A stretch of DNA of 64,000 nucleotides from Candidatus Poribacteria bacterium (lineage in GTDB: Bacteria > Poribacteria > WGA-4E > PCPOR2b): NCBI GenBank assembly GCA_021295755.1, contig JAGWBT010000003.1, positions 43,129 to 107,128 of the forward strand, given 5' to 3'. The notes below the pieces were generated by a model. It was not told where the DNA came from. It searched no databases and was given only the letters and a program-made list of their open reading frames with translations. Positions 44,751-54,933 of the stretch are shown here, in pieces (position 1 is the stretch's first letter; each line of letters opens with the position of its first letter). The translations under genes and the position numbers were made by a program.

Positions 44751-45713
44751 ATGATAGAAGCCAATTTGAAAGTATACCGTTACGACCCGCAGACAGCCCA
44801 GGAACCGCATTATGATACCTATGAAGTAAAAGAGTTGCCCGATTTTGCAACCGTGCTGGATGCGCTCATCAAAGTCCGCGAAGATATCGACGGCACACTG
44901 GCAATGCGCTGTTCATGTCGCAGCGCGGTTTGCGGTTCATGTGCCTTTCGGGTCAATGGACACGCGAAGTTGGGCTGCAAGACCAAAGTCTCAACGCTTG
45001 CACCTGACGGTGAGGAAATTTGTGTTGAGCCGATGGGCAACATGAAGGTGATTAAAGACCTTGTTACTGAAATGGATATCTTCTGGGATAAATTGAAACA
45101 GGTGAAACCGTGGATTGAGACAGCAGGGGAACCGCCAGAACGTGAGTATCAGGTCCCACACGAGAAGATGGTCGAACTGCAACAACCGATGAACTGCATC
45201 ATGTGCGGCGCGTGTGTGAGCGATTGCACAGTGCTGGAGGAGGATTCAAACTTCTTAGCCCCGGCGGCGCTGGCGAAGGCGTACCGCGTGGTCGGCGATC
45301 CTCGCCACGGTAAAACCACAGAGTGGTTGACGGATCTGAGTGAAGAGGGCGGTATCTGGGATTGCACGCGGTGTCTGGAATGCGTGGAGGTCTGTCCGAA
45401 GGATGTCGCACCAATGGACCAAATTATCAAGCTGCGCGAGCAGGCAATTGAGGAAGGGTTGACCGACAACATAGGCGCGAAACATGTGCTTCACTTCACC
45501 GAAAGCGTAGCACATACCGGCGTCCTCGATGAGCGTATGCTACCGATAAAGGCTGCCGGTTGGGGCTGGGCCGTTAAGAACGCAGGTATTGCGATCAAAG
45601 CAACCCTGAAAGGGAAAATCAAACCCCTGTTGCCCGGTTCGCACCCTTCAGTGACAGAGGTCCAGGATGTCCGGCGCATTCATGAAGAATTGGAAGCAGG
45701 AAAAAAGAAATAG
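44751..45713 (+). CDS. sdhB: Succinate dehydrogenase iron-sulfur subunit
   Basis: 2Fe-2S CSCRSAVCGSCAF, and 4Fe-4S/3Fe-4S clusters CIMCGACVSDC and CTRCLECVEVCP. Confidence 0.9.
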   Translation: MIEANLKVYRYDPQTAQEPHYDTYEVKELPDFATVLDALIKVREDIDGTLAMRCSCRSAVCGSCAFRVNGHAKLGCKTKVSTLAPDGEEICVEPMGNMKVIKDLVTEMDIFWDKLKQVKPWIETAGEPPEREYQVPHEKMVELQQPMNCIMCGACVSDCTVLEEDSNFLAPAALAKAYRVVGDPRHGKTTEWLTDLSEEGGIWDCTRCLECVEVCPKDVAPMDQIIKLREQAIEEGLTDNIGAKHVLHFTESVAHTGVLDERMLPIKAAGWGWAVKNAGIAIKATLKGKIKPLLPGSHPSVTEVQDVRRIHEELEAGKKK

Positions 45714-45811
45714 CGGACTGAAGGAAAATCACGATGAGAAAGTGATCCTCGAATTCTGAGAATACCTTTTACGTCTCACGTTCTAAATTATAATTGATAC
45801 CGGAGGATATA

Positions 45812-46687
45812 ATGAGAGTTGCCTACTTCCCTGGCTGTGTTGCCAAGGGAAACTGTCCAGAACTGAACCAAGCCACCAAAAGGATTGCGCCCTTAATTGG
45901 TATTGAGTTGGTCGAATTGACCGGTGCCCCTTGTACCGGCGCAGGTGTGCTTCAAGCGCAGAATCCGGTCCTTGCCGACACATACAACGCCAAGACCCTT
46001 GCGCTCGCGGAGGAGCTGGACCTACCGCTGATGACGGTCTGTTCGACCTGCATCGGTTGTTTACGCAAAAGCAATCAGAAACTGTCCGAGGACGAGGGGT
46101 ACCGGGCAGAGGTCAACGCGGTGCTTAAGTCAGGTGGTCACGAGTATCATGGGGGTGTAGATGTCACCCACCTTCTCTATGTCCTTATCAAAGAACTCGG
46201 TCTGGATAATCTACGCGGCATGGTCAAAAAACCGTTGACCGACTTGCGGGTCGCGCCGTTTTACGGCTGCTACATTCTGCGTCCTGCCAGCATCATGGGG
46301 ATTGACGACCCCGACAATCCCACTTCGATGGAACGCGTGATTGAAGCGTTGGGTGGGACTCCAGTGGACTACTACGGCAAAACACGCTGTTGCGGTTTCC
46401 CGATCGGACTTGAGAACGAAGAAGCGTCATACAAAATGGCTGGGAAGCATATTGGCGAGGCGAAAGATAAGGGAGCGGATTGCATGGTAACGCCTTGTCC
46501 GCTCTGCCACATGAACCTTGATCTCCTGCAGCCCGGCGTCAGTCAGGTAGTTAAACGTCAACTTGATATGCCGGTGTTCCATCTGCCGCAAATGATCGGC
46601 TTGGCGCTTGGCTTGCCACCAAAAGAGTTGGGCCTCAGCAAACACATAGTATCAGCCCAAAGCGTACTAGCAAAGGTAGGGGGATAG
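45812..46687 (+). CDS. sdhE: HdrB-like CCG-domain subunit of a type-E (non-classical) succinate dehydrogenase (SdhE)
   Basis: Two Cys-rich CCG-like motifs (FPGCVAKGNCPE...; PFYGCY...TRCCGFP) with no TM anchor. The start is the ATG at 45812 after GGAGGA. Confidence 0.75.
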   Translation: MRVAYFPGCVAKGNCPELNQATKRIAPLIGIELVELTGAPCTGAGVLQAQNPVLADTYNAKTLALAEELDLPLMTVCSTCIGCLRKSNQKLSEDEGYRAEVNAVLKSGGHEYHGGVDVTHLLYVLIKELGLDNLRGMVKKPLTDLRVAPFYGCYILRPASIMGIDDPDNPTSMERVIEALGGTPVDYYGKTRCCGFPIGLENEEASYKMAGKHIGEAKDKGADCMVTPCPLCHMNLDLLQPGVSQVVKRQLDMPVFHLPQMIGLALGLPPKELGLSKHIVSAQSVLAKVGG

Positions 46688-46809
46688 GTGAGTGTTGTAA
46701 GAATCTTCGGAAAGCACTAAGCGGTTCATTAGCCTTCTCACACGCTTGAATCAACGGATTGCCGACAATCGTGCAGAACCATATCACCAGAAGTCACTTG
46801 GAGAGGTAA

Positions 46810-48198
46810 ATGCAAACAAGAACTGAATCAGACAGCATGGGGAAGATTGAGGTCGCAACAGATCGGTATTGGGGAGCACAGACCCAGCGTTCATTGCAGA
46901 ACTTTAAGATTGGCGGGGAACGTTTCCCGCGTGAGATGATCTGGGCACTCGGTATTGTCAAACAATCTGTCGCTGAGGTTAACGCCGAGTTAGAGACGCT
47001 AGATACGGATCTGGCTGAAATTATCATCAAAGCCGCACAGGAAGTAATTGATGGCGATCTGGATAGCCATTTTCCGCTGGTTGTTTGGCAGACCGGCAGT
47101 GGCACCCAAACCAACATGAACGTCAACGAAGTGATTTCAAACCGTGCCATCGAAATGCTTGGTGGCGTCCTCGGCAGCAAAGAACCCGTCCACCCCAACG
47201 ACCACGTCAACAAATCTCAATCTACCAACGATGCTTTCCCAACGGCTATTCATGTCGCTGTCGTCGACCGGATTCACAATCACCTGATTCCTTCGGTGAC
47301 TGCCCTGCGCGATGCGCTTGCAGCGAAAGCCGAAGCCTTTACGGATATTGTCAAGACCGGACGCACCCATCTTCAAGACGCTACCCCGTTGACGTTGGGA
47401 CAGGCGTTTTCCGGATATGTTACACAGTTAAACAATTCGCTTCGCGCAATCGATCACGCACTACCACACCTATACGAACTGCCAATCGGTGGAACGGCGG
47501 TCGGCACAGGATTGAACACCCATCCCGACTACGCAACGAAAGCCGCCGCTGCAATCTCGAAGCGCACCGGATTTTCCTTTGTTACTGCGCCCAACAAATT
47601 TGAGGCTCTCGGCGCTCGAGATGCTATTGTCGAGGCAAGCGGTGCGATCAAAACCCTAGCATGTGCGTTGAACAAAATAGCGAACGACCTACGTTGGCTT
47701 GGCAGCGGTCCTCGCTGCGGCATTGGCGAGCTCCTGTTACCAGAAAACGAGCCGGGAAGTTCGATTATGCCGGGGAAAGTGAACCCGACACAATGCGAAG
47801 CCATGACAATGGTTTGCGCCCAAGTTATCGGCAGCGACACGACAGTTGCTATCGCAGGTGCATCGGGCAATTTTGAACTGAATGTGTTTATGCCCGTCAT
47901 CGCTTTTAATGCGCTCCAATCCATCCGCCTACTTGCGGATGCCTGTGATTCGTTCAATGAAAACTGTGTCGTCGGCATTGAGCCAAATCGAGAAAAAATC
48001 CAGGAATACCTGAACGACTCATTGATGCTCGTTACAGCACTTAACCCCTACATTGGCTATGACAATGCAGCACTGGTTGCCAAAACTGCCCATCAGGAAG
48101 GTAAAACGCTACGGCAGACTGTGGTCGAATTGAATCTGCTGAGCGAGGAAGAGTTTGATCGAGTGGTTATTCCTAGCCAGATGATTGGACCAAAGTAA
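46810..48198 (+). CDS. fumC: Class II fumarate hydratase
   Basis: Signature [19 protein letters not shown]; 462 aa. Confidence 0.93.
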   Translation: MQTRTESDSMGKIEVATDRYWGAQTQRSLQNFKIGGERFPREMIWALGIVKQSVAEVNAELETLDTDLAEIIIKAAQEVIDGDLDSHFPLVVWQTGSGTQTNMNVNEVISNRAIEMLGGVLGSKEPVHPNDHVNKSQSTNDAFPTAIHVAVVDRIHNHLIPSVTALRDALAAKAEAFTDIVKTGRTHLQDATPLTLGQAFSGYVTQLNNSLRAIDHALPHLYELPIGGTAVGTGLNTHPDYATKAAAAISKRTGFSFVTAPNKFEALGARDAIVEASGAIKTLACALNKIANDLRWLGSGPRCGIGELLLPENEPGSSIMPGKVNPTQCEAMTMVCAQVIGSDTTVAIAGASGNFELNVFMPVIAFNALQSIRLLADACDSFNENCVVGIEPNREKIQEYLNDSLMLVTALNPYIGYDNAALVAKTAHQEGKTLRQTVVELNLLSEEEFDRVVIPSQMIGPK

Positions 48199-48295
48199 AA
48201 CGGTGAAAATTAACACGGCCAAGAGACATCGTAGATAGAGCAAAGATCAAAAAAACATAATTTGTTAATGGAAAATTGACATTGGAGGGAGAAAG

Positions 48296-50239
48296 ATGTT
48301 CAAAAAAATCTATGTACCTGTTGACAACTCGGACCATTCCGATGCGAGCGTCAATTTCGCTGTGGAGTTCGCCAAAAAATTTCAATCGCAACTCGTCGGC
48401 TCTCACGTCTATGCGGCGAAGATGCACGATGTGCGCTTCAAACAGATGGAGTACACGCTTCCCGAAGAATATCAGGATGAAGCCGAGCTTGAAAAACAGC
48501 GCCGGATTCATGACACATTGATTACGATGGGACTTCAGTTGATCTCCGATTCGTATTTGGAGGTCATGAAGAACAAGTGTGCTGAAAATGACATTCCCTT
48601 TGAAGCCAAGATGCCTGAGGGCAAACACTTCATCAAATTAGCAGAGGACATTCAGGCAAGCGATTATGACCTCGTGATCATGGGTGCCCTCGGTATGGGT
48701 GCCGTTAAGGATAGCCTACTCGGCGGCGTGGTTGAACGGGTTGTGCGACGTATTGAGACCGATACCCTTGTCGTCCGAAATATTGAGGAGATGCACGAAC
48801 AGAAGGGGCATATCCTCGTCGGGATCGACGGCAGCCCCGAATCCTTCGGCGGACTGAAGACGGCAATACGAATGGGCAAGGAGTTTGGTAGACAGGTTGA
48901 GGCAGTTGGTGTTTACGACCCGTATCTCCACTATGTGGTGTTCAACTCGGTTGTCAGCGTCCTAACCGAGCGAGCTTCCAAAACCTTCCGATTCAAAGAG
49001 CAGGAGCAGCTGCACGAGGAGGTCATTGACACCGGACTTGCCAAAATTTATCAATCCCATCTAGAGATTGCCCGGACCATCGCTAAGGAAGACCACAACT
49101 ACGACCTCAAAATTACCTTGCTAGACGGGAAAGCGTTTGAGAAGATCCTACAATATGCCCGAAAAACCGAACCGTGGATGTTAATGCTGGGCAGAATCGG
49201 TGTTCACAGCGATCCCGACATGGACATCGGCAGCAACACCGAAAACTTACTGCGCCTTGCTCCGTGTAATGTGTTCCTATCGAGCCAGCGGTATGTCCCA
49301 AAAGTTGATGTCAGGGCAGAGGAGACGGTGGTCTGGACACAGGAAGCCTTGGATCGGATGGCTAAGGCACCGCCGCAAGTGCAAGGTATCGCACGCACCG
49401 CTGTCCACCGTTTCGCCATTGAGCGTGGACACTCTGTGATTACGGAGAGCGTCATAGAGCAGGCAATGGACACCTTTATGCCGGGACGTTCGGCAGAACG
49501 GATGACCAAGGTTGCCAAAGAGATTGCAACGCAAACGGTTTTGGATTCCAATGCCATTAAGACCTACATCTGTGGGGATTGCGGCTATGCCGCCCGTGAC
49601 CAACAGCCGGTGAAATGTCCCGTTTGCGGCGTGGACGGAGATCAATTCCAGATGGTTGATAAAGATTCTCTCCAGAGGGTTGCGGATCAAGAGGGCGGCG
49701 TCAGTGAAGAACAGACCTTCGACGGTGTGCGTCTCCAATGGTCGGATCAAGCGAAAAAGGCTTTGCGCAATGTCCCAAGAGGATATATGCGTCGCAACGT
49801 CAAAGCGCGGATCGAAAAATCGGCACGTGTCCAAAAAATCGGTACAATCACCAACGAGTTTGCGATGCAGATTATCAACGAGAGTATGGATCAAGCTTCC
49901 GCTGTCCGTGAAGACGCGCCTGAACTGAAAGCTGTCGCGCAGTCCCGTGAGTCCACTGATACTTCCCAAGGAGAAATATTTGAAAGTCCGCTTGAATGGA
50001 CTTCAGATGCCCGTGAACGGCTGAACCTCGTGCCCGCTGGATTTATGCGGAACATCACGCAATCCCGTGTCGAGCAGCGAGCGCAGGAAGCCAACCTTAC
50101 AACAATCAACCTAGATTTCGCAGCGCAGGTGATTGAAGAAGGACGAAGTCTGGACAATGAGGTGCTTGGAACTTATTACCAGCAGGGTGAAGACACTACT
50201 GAAACGGAGAGCGATGAAGAGGAAGCGACGCAAGCGTAA
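48296..50239 (+). CDS. Multidomain protein: 2 x universal-stress-protein (USP) domains, a rubredoxin-like zinc ribbon and 3 x ChlB/BchB-C-terminal-like (PCP_red-like) domains
   Basis: Two USP-like halves (YVPVDNSDHS...; ILVGIDGSPES...). PCP_red-like repeats: VWTQEALDRMAKAPPQVQGIARTAVHRFAIERGHSVITESV, QWSDQAKKALRNVPRGYMRRNVKARIEKSAR and EWTSDARERLNLVPAGFMRNITQSRVEQRAQ. Zinc ribbon: CGDCGY...CPVCG. Confidence 0.6.
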   Translation: MFKKIYVPVDNSDHSDASVNFAVEFAKKFQSQLVGSHVYAAKMHDVRFKQMEYTLPEEYQDEAELEKQRRIHDTLITMGLQLISDSYLEVMKNKCAENDIPFEAKMPEGKHFIKLAEDIQASDYDLVIMGALGMGAVKDSLLGGVVERVVRRIETDTLVVRNIEEMHEQKGHILVGIDGSPESFGGLKTAIRMGKEFGRQVEAVGVYDPYLHYVVFNSVVSVLTERASKTFRFKEQEQLHEEVIDTGLAKIYQSHLEIARTIAKEDHNYDLKITLLDGKAFEKILQYARKTEPWMLMLGRIGVHSDPDMDIGSNTENLLRLAPCNVFLSSQRYVPKVDVRAEETVVWTQEALDRMAKAPPQVQGIARTAVHRFAIERGHSVITESVIEQAMDTFMPGRSAERMTKVAKEIATQTVLDSNAIKTYICGDCGYAARDQQPVKCPVCGVDGDQFQMVDKDSLQRVADQEGGVSEEQTFDGVRLQWSDQAKKALRNVPRGYMRRNVKARIEKSARVQKIGTITNEFAMQIINESMDQASAVREDAPELKAVAQSRESTDTSQGEIFESPLEWTSDARERLNLVPAGFMRNITQSRVEQRAQEANLTTINLDFAAQVIEEGRSLDNEVLGTYYQQGEDTTETESDEEEATQA

Positions 50240-50278
50240 AATCACGCCTTGAATGTCAATTTAGATCGGAGTTTGCCA

Positions 50279-50977
50279 ATGCCCCCCAGAAATCCTTTAC
50301 ATTTTGCGGAAATCCTTGTGTGTCTCGATGACTCAAACTATTCTCAGGCAGCGGTCGAATATGCCACCCAAATCGCTCTTGACCATGACGCATCACTGAC
50401 CGGTATCGGAGTAATCGATCTGCCGGGTATCCAACGTTCAAGCGGTCCCGCGCCAATTGGAGCGATGCACTACGATCGACTAGCTGACCAGCAACGCTTC
50501 CAGGAGACGCGGGAGGTAGTGTCTGGGGTCCTTGAAAATTTTGGGAAAACCTGTCAGGAAAAAGAGATCCGCCACTCCATCCATTCAGAGATGGGTAGCC
50601 CATTTCGGGAAATTATCGAAGAATCAAAATTCCACGATTTTATTATCATTGGGCAGAAGACCTTTTTTCGGTATAGCGTCAGACACGAACCGGGTAACAC
50701 CCTGGATCGAATCCTTCATAACGGGTTGACGGCGGCCCTTGCAGTCCCCGATTCTGTCAGACAGATTAAAAAAGTGCTTGTTGCTTATGATAACAGCGTC
50801 CAAGTTACCAAAGCAATTCAGATGTTTCTTCTGCTTCATATCTGGAATCAATGCGACATCACCCTCCTGAATGTCAACAACAATGCAAGTCGTGGAATAC
50901 AGTTGCTCGGCAGGCTCGGCGATTACTTCTGTAGGTATGGGGTACAGACAGAGAAAGTCCAAAATCGAAACGTATGA
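50279..50977 (+). CDS. Universal stress protein family protein
   Basis: USP-like ILVCLDDSNYSQAAVEYATQIA...; a partial second USP-like segment (KVLVAYDNS) follows. The start is uncertain (ATG 50279 versus TTG 50249). Confidence 0.55.
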   Translation: MPPRNPLHFAEILVCLDDSNYSQAAVEYATQIALDHDASLTGIGVIDLPGIQRSSGPAPIGAMHYDRLADQQRFQETREVVSGVLENFGKTCQEKEIRHSIHSEMGSPFREIIEESKFHDFIIIGQKTFFRYSVRHEPGNTLDRILHNGLTAALAVPDSVRQIKKVLVAYDNSVQVTKAIQMFLLLHIWNQCDITLLNVNNNASRGIQLLGRLGDYFCRYGVQTEKVQNRNV

Positions 50978-51867
50978 AAACCTACAAAGACCTCCCCGCC
51001 GATGGCGGTTCTAACATCGTTGGACAAGTGACACAGCAAGTCAATCGTTTGCAAAAACGGCTTGCATCAGTCCACCACACTGTTGCTATCATGAGTGGCA
51101 AAGGCGGTGTGGGCAAGAGTTCAGTCACGGCAAACCTTGCTTCGGCACTTAGATTGCGTGGGCACAATGTTGGTGTGATTGACGCTGACATCAACGGTCC
51201 TTCGATTGCTAAAATAATGGGGGTGAGAGGCCAGCGAATTGATTATGGTGACGATGGTGTAAAACCCGCTCTCAGTCCGCTAGGGGTCAAGGTGATGTCG
51301 ATGGATCTATTCCTCAAGGACGACGAAACACCAGTCCTCTGGGAATCCCAAACACAGAAGGATGCCTTCACTTGGCGGGGGACGATGGAAATGAGTGCTC
51401 TCCGCGAATTTCTCTCTGATACTGAATGGGGAACGCTTGATTATTTGCTGATTGATCTTCCACCCGGCGCAGATCGATTGCCAAATATCGTCGATCTCCT
51501 GCCAAATCTTAGCGGAACGGTTGTTGTCACAATTCCTTCTGGAGTGTCACAGCTTGTCGTCAAAAAATCGCTGACGATGGCAAAGAAACTACTTAACGCG
51601 CCGGTGATCGGCATCGTCGAAAATATGGCCGCTTATGTGTGCGCCGATTGTGGTAAAACCGAAGACCTGTTTCCGTCGGGACACACCGAGGAGATGGCAC
51701 GTCAATTCGACATCCCTCTACTTGGTAAAATACCTTTTGATCCGCGCATCTCTATTGCAGCGGATGAAGGCAGTGTGTTTGTCGATCAATACGAAGATAC
51801 TCCCGCAGGACAAACGTTTTTCCGCATCACAGATGAAATTCGGATGTTCTTGGAACGGAAAATGTAA
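50974..51867 (+). CDS. apbC: Mrp/NBP35/ApbC-family Fe-S cluster carrier ATPase
   Basis: Deviant Walker A GKGGVGKSS and the conserved CxxC (CADCGK) of Mrp/NBP35 proteins; 297 aa. Confidence 0.85.
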   Translation: MKTYKDLPADGGSNIVGQVTQQVNRLQKRLASVHHTVAIMSGKGGVGKSSVTANLASALRLRGHNVGVIDADINGPSIAKIMGVRGQRIDYGDDGVKPALSPLGVKVMSMDLFLKDDETPVLWESQTQKDAFTWRGTMEMSALREFLSDTEWGTLDYLLIDLPPGADRLPNIVDLLPNLSGTVVVTIPSGVSQLVVKKSLTMAKKLLNAPVIGIVENMAAYVCADCGKTEDLFPSGHTEEMARQFDIPLLGKIPFDPRISIAADEGSVFVDQYEDTPAGQTFFRITDEIRMFLERKM

Positions 51868-51887
51868 CGTATAAATGGAGTCAACCA

Positions 51888-52388
51888 ATGAAATTCTTAT
51901 GTCTTGAATGTAACACAGCGATGGAATTTAAGGAAACAGCGACGCCGGATCAAGGTTCGTTGACGGCGATCTTCGAGTGCCCAGATTGCTTCGCTGAGTT
52001 CGCAATGCACATGAACCCGTGGGAAACCCAGATGCTGAAATCCCTCGATGTGCAACTCGGTGGTAAAAGCGAAGCAGCACAGCCGATGCAGGTCGTACGT
52101 TCCTTCTTGAGTGAAAAGAACCCCGAAAATCTGACCTCCGAGGCACCTACAGCGTCCACGGAAGGTGGTGGGAAATGCCCGTTTACATCAGTTGTATCGG
52201 AAGCGTTTCAGGAGGCGGAGGCGAGCGGACCGGTATGGACACCAGAAGCATTAACGCGTTTAGAGCGCGTACCTAGTTTCGTCCGCTCAATGGCGAAAAA
52301 CAGCATCGAAGAGTTCGCCCGCGAAAATGGACACACCGAAATCACCACCGAAGTGATGGATACTGCACGCGGTGACTTTGGAATGTAG
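51888..52388 (+). CDS. Zinc-ribbon protein with a C-terminal PCP_red-like domain
   Basis: CLECN...CPDCF treble-clef-like Cys pairs, and the C-terminal VWTPEALTRLERVPSFVRSMAKNSIEEFARENGHTEITTEVM. Confidence 0.55.
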   Translation: MKFLCLECNTAMEFKETATPDQGSLTAIFECPDCFAEFAMHMNPWETQMLKSLDVQLGGKSEAAQPMQVVRSFLSEKNPENLTSEAPTASTEGGGKCPFTSVVSEAFQEAEASGPVWTPEALTRLERVPSFVRSMAKNSIEEFARENGHTEITTEVMDTARGDFGM

Positions 52389-52470
52389 GAGTTGATCATA
52401 GGGAAAGCGAAAGGGATTTTTCTCACACAAGTTGCGATAGACCCGCCATCGTATCCTATTTCACTCACTT

Positions 52471-52980
52471 ATGGCTCCAATTGTCGAACTGTTCATCCGA
52501 TGGATACATTTTACCGCCGCAATCGTTTGGCTTGGCGGAATCTTTTTTTCTCTCAGCGTCGCAACTCCGATTCTGAGAAAGCATTTTCAAATCCTTGAAA
52601 GTGTCCAACATACCACCACGATCCGGAATCGTCTGCGGCACGTTATCCGATTCACAATCCACATTCTCCTGATTACCGGTGCGATGAACCTGTTCATCGT
52701 CGGATTGAACACGCAGATGCGCTTTTCTCAGGACTACGGCTATTTTGTCCTTTTTATTGTAAAACTTGCCTTTGTAGGATTGATGACGCTTTTTCATAGC
52801 CTGCATATCGCAGTTTTCAATCGAAAATTAGAGTCAGCGGTGACAAACCCGAATTTCGATGCTTCAGAAGTCGCCAAGCTGCGAAGGAAAGTAGACCTAT
52901 TCGGAATTTTGACTATCTTTGCTGGACTTGTTGTCTTTGCATGCTCCCTGTATCTCCGCCAAATGATAGGGGGCCAATAA
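52471..52980 (+). CDS. Four-TM membrane protein, HemJ/CopD-like (a conserved His in TM1)
   Basis: IRWIHFTAAIVWLGGIFF resembles the W-x-H...W-x-G N-terminal helix of the HemJ and CopD families; 169 aa. Confidence 0.35.
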   Translation: MAPIVELFIRWIHFTAAIVWLGGIFFSLSVATPILRKHFQILESVQHTTTIRNRLRHVIRFTIHILLITGAMNLFIVGLNTQMRFSQDYGYFVLFIVKLAFVGLMTLFHSLHIAVFNRKLESAVTNPNFDASEVAKLRRKVDLFGILTIFAGLVVFACSLYLRQMIGGQ

Positions 52981-53088
52981 GGCTGAAATTCACGTCAAAA
53001 CATGTGGACTGGTGTAATCAAAAACTCTGCGTTCTCCGTGTCTCTGCGGTGAAATACATGACAGCATATCAAGTTTTAAGGAACACTC

Positions 53089-54390
53089 ATGGAAACGAAA
53101 GTCCAAGCCGTTTCGTGGAATATCACACGGCTATGCAATCTCAAATGTACACACTGCTATCTCCCCGCTGGGTTTGTTGATACCAACGAGTTTCCGAGCG
53201 GATATTATCGAGATACAGAGTTGACTCAATCCCAGTGTTTTCGCGTGATTGATGAGATTGCCGAAATCAATCCCAATATTCTCCTCATTCTCACAGGTGG
53301 TGAACCGTTGCTGCGGCCTGATATCCTGAAAATATCAGATTACGCGGCCCGCACCGGATTCTTAGTGGTGATGGGCACAAACGGCGTTCTGCTGAACGAT
53401 GAAACGGTTCAGAAGATGAGCGACCACGGTGTCGCTGGCGCAGGCATCAGTTTGGATGCTGTGGATCCGGTCAATCACGACAAGTTCCGAGGCATGGACG
53501 GGGCTTGGGAAGGCACGATGAACGGCGTCGAAGCCCTTAAGCGTGCAAACCTCGATTTCCTTGTGCAGACTTCCGTGACGCGCTGGAATTACGACGAAAT
53601 TCCACAAATTGTTGATTTCGCCTATGAACTCGGTGCGAAGGTGTTCAATCTCTATTTCCTCGTGAGAACTGGCAGAGGAAAAACAGTGATGGATATCACT
53701 CCAGCTCAATATGAACGTATGCTCTCAACGCTCTTTGAATTGCAAGCGAAATATCGAGGCAAAATGCTTGTTGCGGCGAAATGTGCGCCACACTACAAAC
53801 GGGTCATCTATGAGCAACAATCGGATTCCCCATTCCTGCAAGCCTATCCGAGTGGCACCTGCCCCTGTGGTATCTACTACTGCCGCATCACACCTGAAGG
53901 CGATTTGACACCGTGCCCATACATGCCGGTAAATGTCGGGAATCTGAAGACTGAAAGTTTTGCGACCCTCTGGAATCAATCGAAGGTTTTTCATGAACTA
54001 CGAGATCGGAAATTGTTGGAAGGTAAGTGTGGTGCCTGTGAATTTCGAGACGTTTGCGGCGGTTGTCGCGCCCGTGCTTATGCCCTCACCGACAACTATC
54101 TCGCTGAAGATCCATCCTGCGAATACCAACCGGGACAGGCGGGAAATCAAAACATCCGTTTTGAAAAAACGACGCCCTTTGCAGCTGAAACCGACTACGA
54201 GTTACAATGGACAGATGCTGCACAACAAAGATTACAGCGTGTCCCCTCCTTTGCACGGGGGATGGTCACCAAAAGCGTCGAAAAATACGCCCGTGAGCAC
54301 GGCTACAATGAAATCACGCCGGAAATCATGAAAGCTGTCAAGGATCGGTTTGATAAAACGGGCATTCCGTCCTTCAGACCCCGGCGGTAA
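53089..54390 (+). CDS. Radical SAM/SPASM enzyme (AhbD/NirJ/PqqE-like) with a C-terminal PCP_red-like domain
   Basis: CNLKCTHCY radical-SAM cluster, TGGEPLLRPD, a SPASM-type Cys cluster (CPCG...CGACEFRDVCGGCRARA) and the C-terminal QWTDAAQQRLQRVPSFARGMVTKSVEKYAREHGYNEITPEIM. Confidence 0.75.
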   Translation: METKVQAVSWNITRLCNLKCTHCYLPAGFVDTNEFPSGYYRDTELTQSQCFRVIDEIAEINPNILLILTGGEPLLRPDILKISDYAARTGFLVVMGTNGVLLNDETVQKMSDHGVAGAGISLDAVDPVNHDKFRGMDGAWEGTMNGVEALKRANLDFLVQTSVTRWNYDEIPQIVDFAYELGAKVFNLYFLVRTGRGKTVMDITPAQYERMLSTLFELQAKYRGKMLVAAKCAPHYKRVIYEQQSDSPFLQAYPSGTCPCGIYYCRITPEGDLTPCPYMPVNVGNLKTESFATLWNQSKVFHELRDRKLLEGKCGACEFRDVCGGCRARAYALTDNYLAEDPSCEYQPGQAGNQNIRFEKTTPFAAETDYELQWTDAAQQRLQRVPSFARGMVTKSVEKYAREHGYNEITPEIMKAVKDRFDKTGIPSFRPRR

Positions 54391-54432
54391 ACTATAGCTG
54401 ACAGACATATTTTCAATTGAGGAGAGAAAATA

Positions 54433-54846
54433 ATGAGCAGTGAAAATAAAGTTGAAGAACGATTATCTGCGGTCGAAGACCGGTTGAATCGCTTAGAAGA
54501 TCTACTAGTTGGTATCAGTCAGAAACTGGATCAGAAACCTCAACCGACGGCAATTGATGAGGAGAAAGGGGAAGCATTCAAAGGTTGGGTGACCGATTAC
54601 GTGTCCATGCGCTTGCAGCAACTCGTACCAGAGACGTGCGACCATCCCGCCGAAGCGAAAGCGGGAGAAGGCCCATTTTTGGGTAACACCTCAATCCGTT
54701 GCACGGAGGAAGTCGTTCACCGTGTCAAGCGAATCCCCATCCCATTTGTTCGAGAGATGGTTGTCCAGCGTGTTGCTGACAATGCACGGCGGGCGAATGT
54801 AGATGTGGTCGAAATTGATTTCTTTGAAAAAGCGGCAACCTTTTGA
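54433..54846 (+). CDS. Small protein: N-terminal coiled-coil plus one PCP_red-like domain
   Basis: RCTEEVVHRVKRIPIPFVREMVVQRVADNARRANVDVVEIDF aligns with the repeats in the neighbouring genes. Confidence 0.5.
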   Translation: MSSENKVEERLSAVEDRLNRLEDLLVGISQKLDQKPQPTAIDEEKGEAFKGWVTDYVSMRLQQLVPETCDHPAEAKAGEGPFLGNTSIRCTEEVVHRVKRIPIPFVREMVVQRVADNARRANVDVVEIDFFEKAATF

Positions 54847-54933
54847 CAATGCGAAGCAACGGAGGAGTTTCCTCTGCCGCACTTCCACTGGGAGGATTTT
54901 TTAACATCTCCTCTTTGAGATGATGCCGATCCC

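Noticed and set aside
48273-48278. TTGACA hexamer 18 nt upstream of the USP-PCP_red gene ATG
   Set aside because: It is too close to the start codon to act as the -35 of this gene's own promoter.
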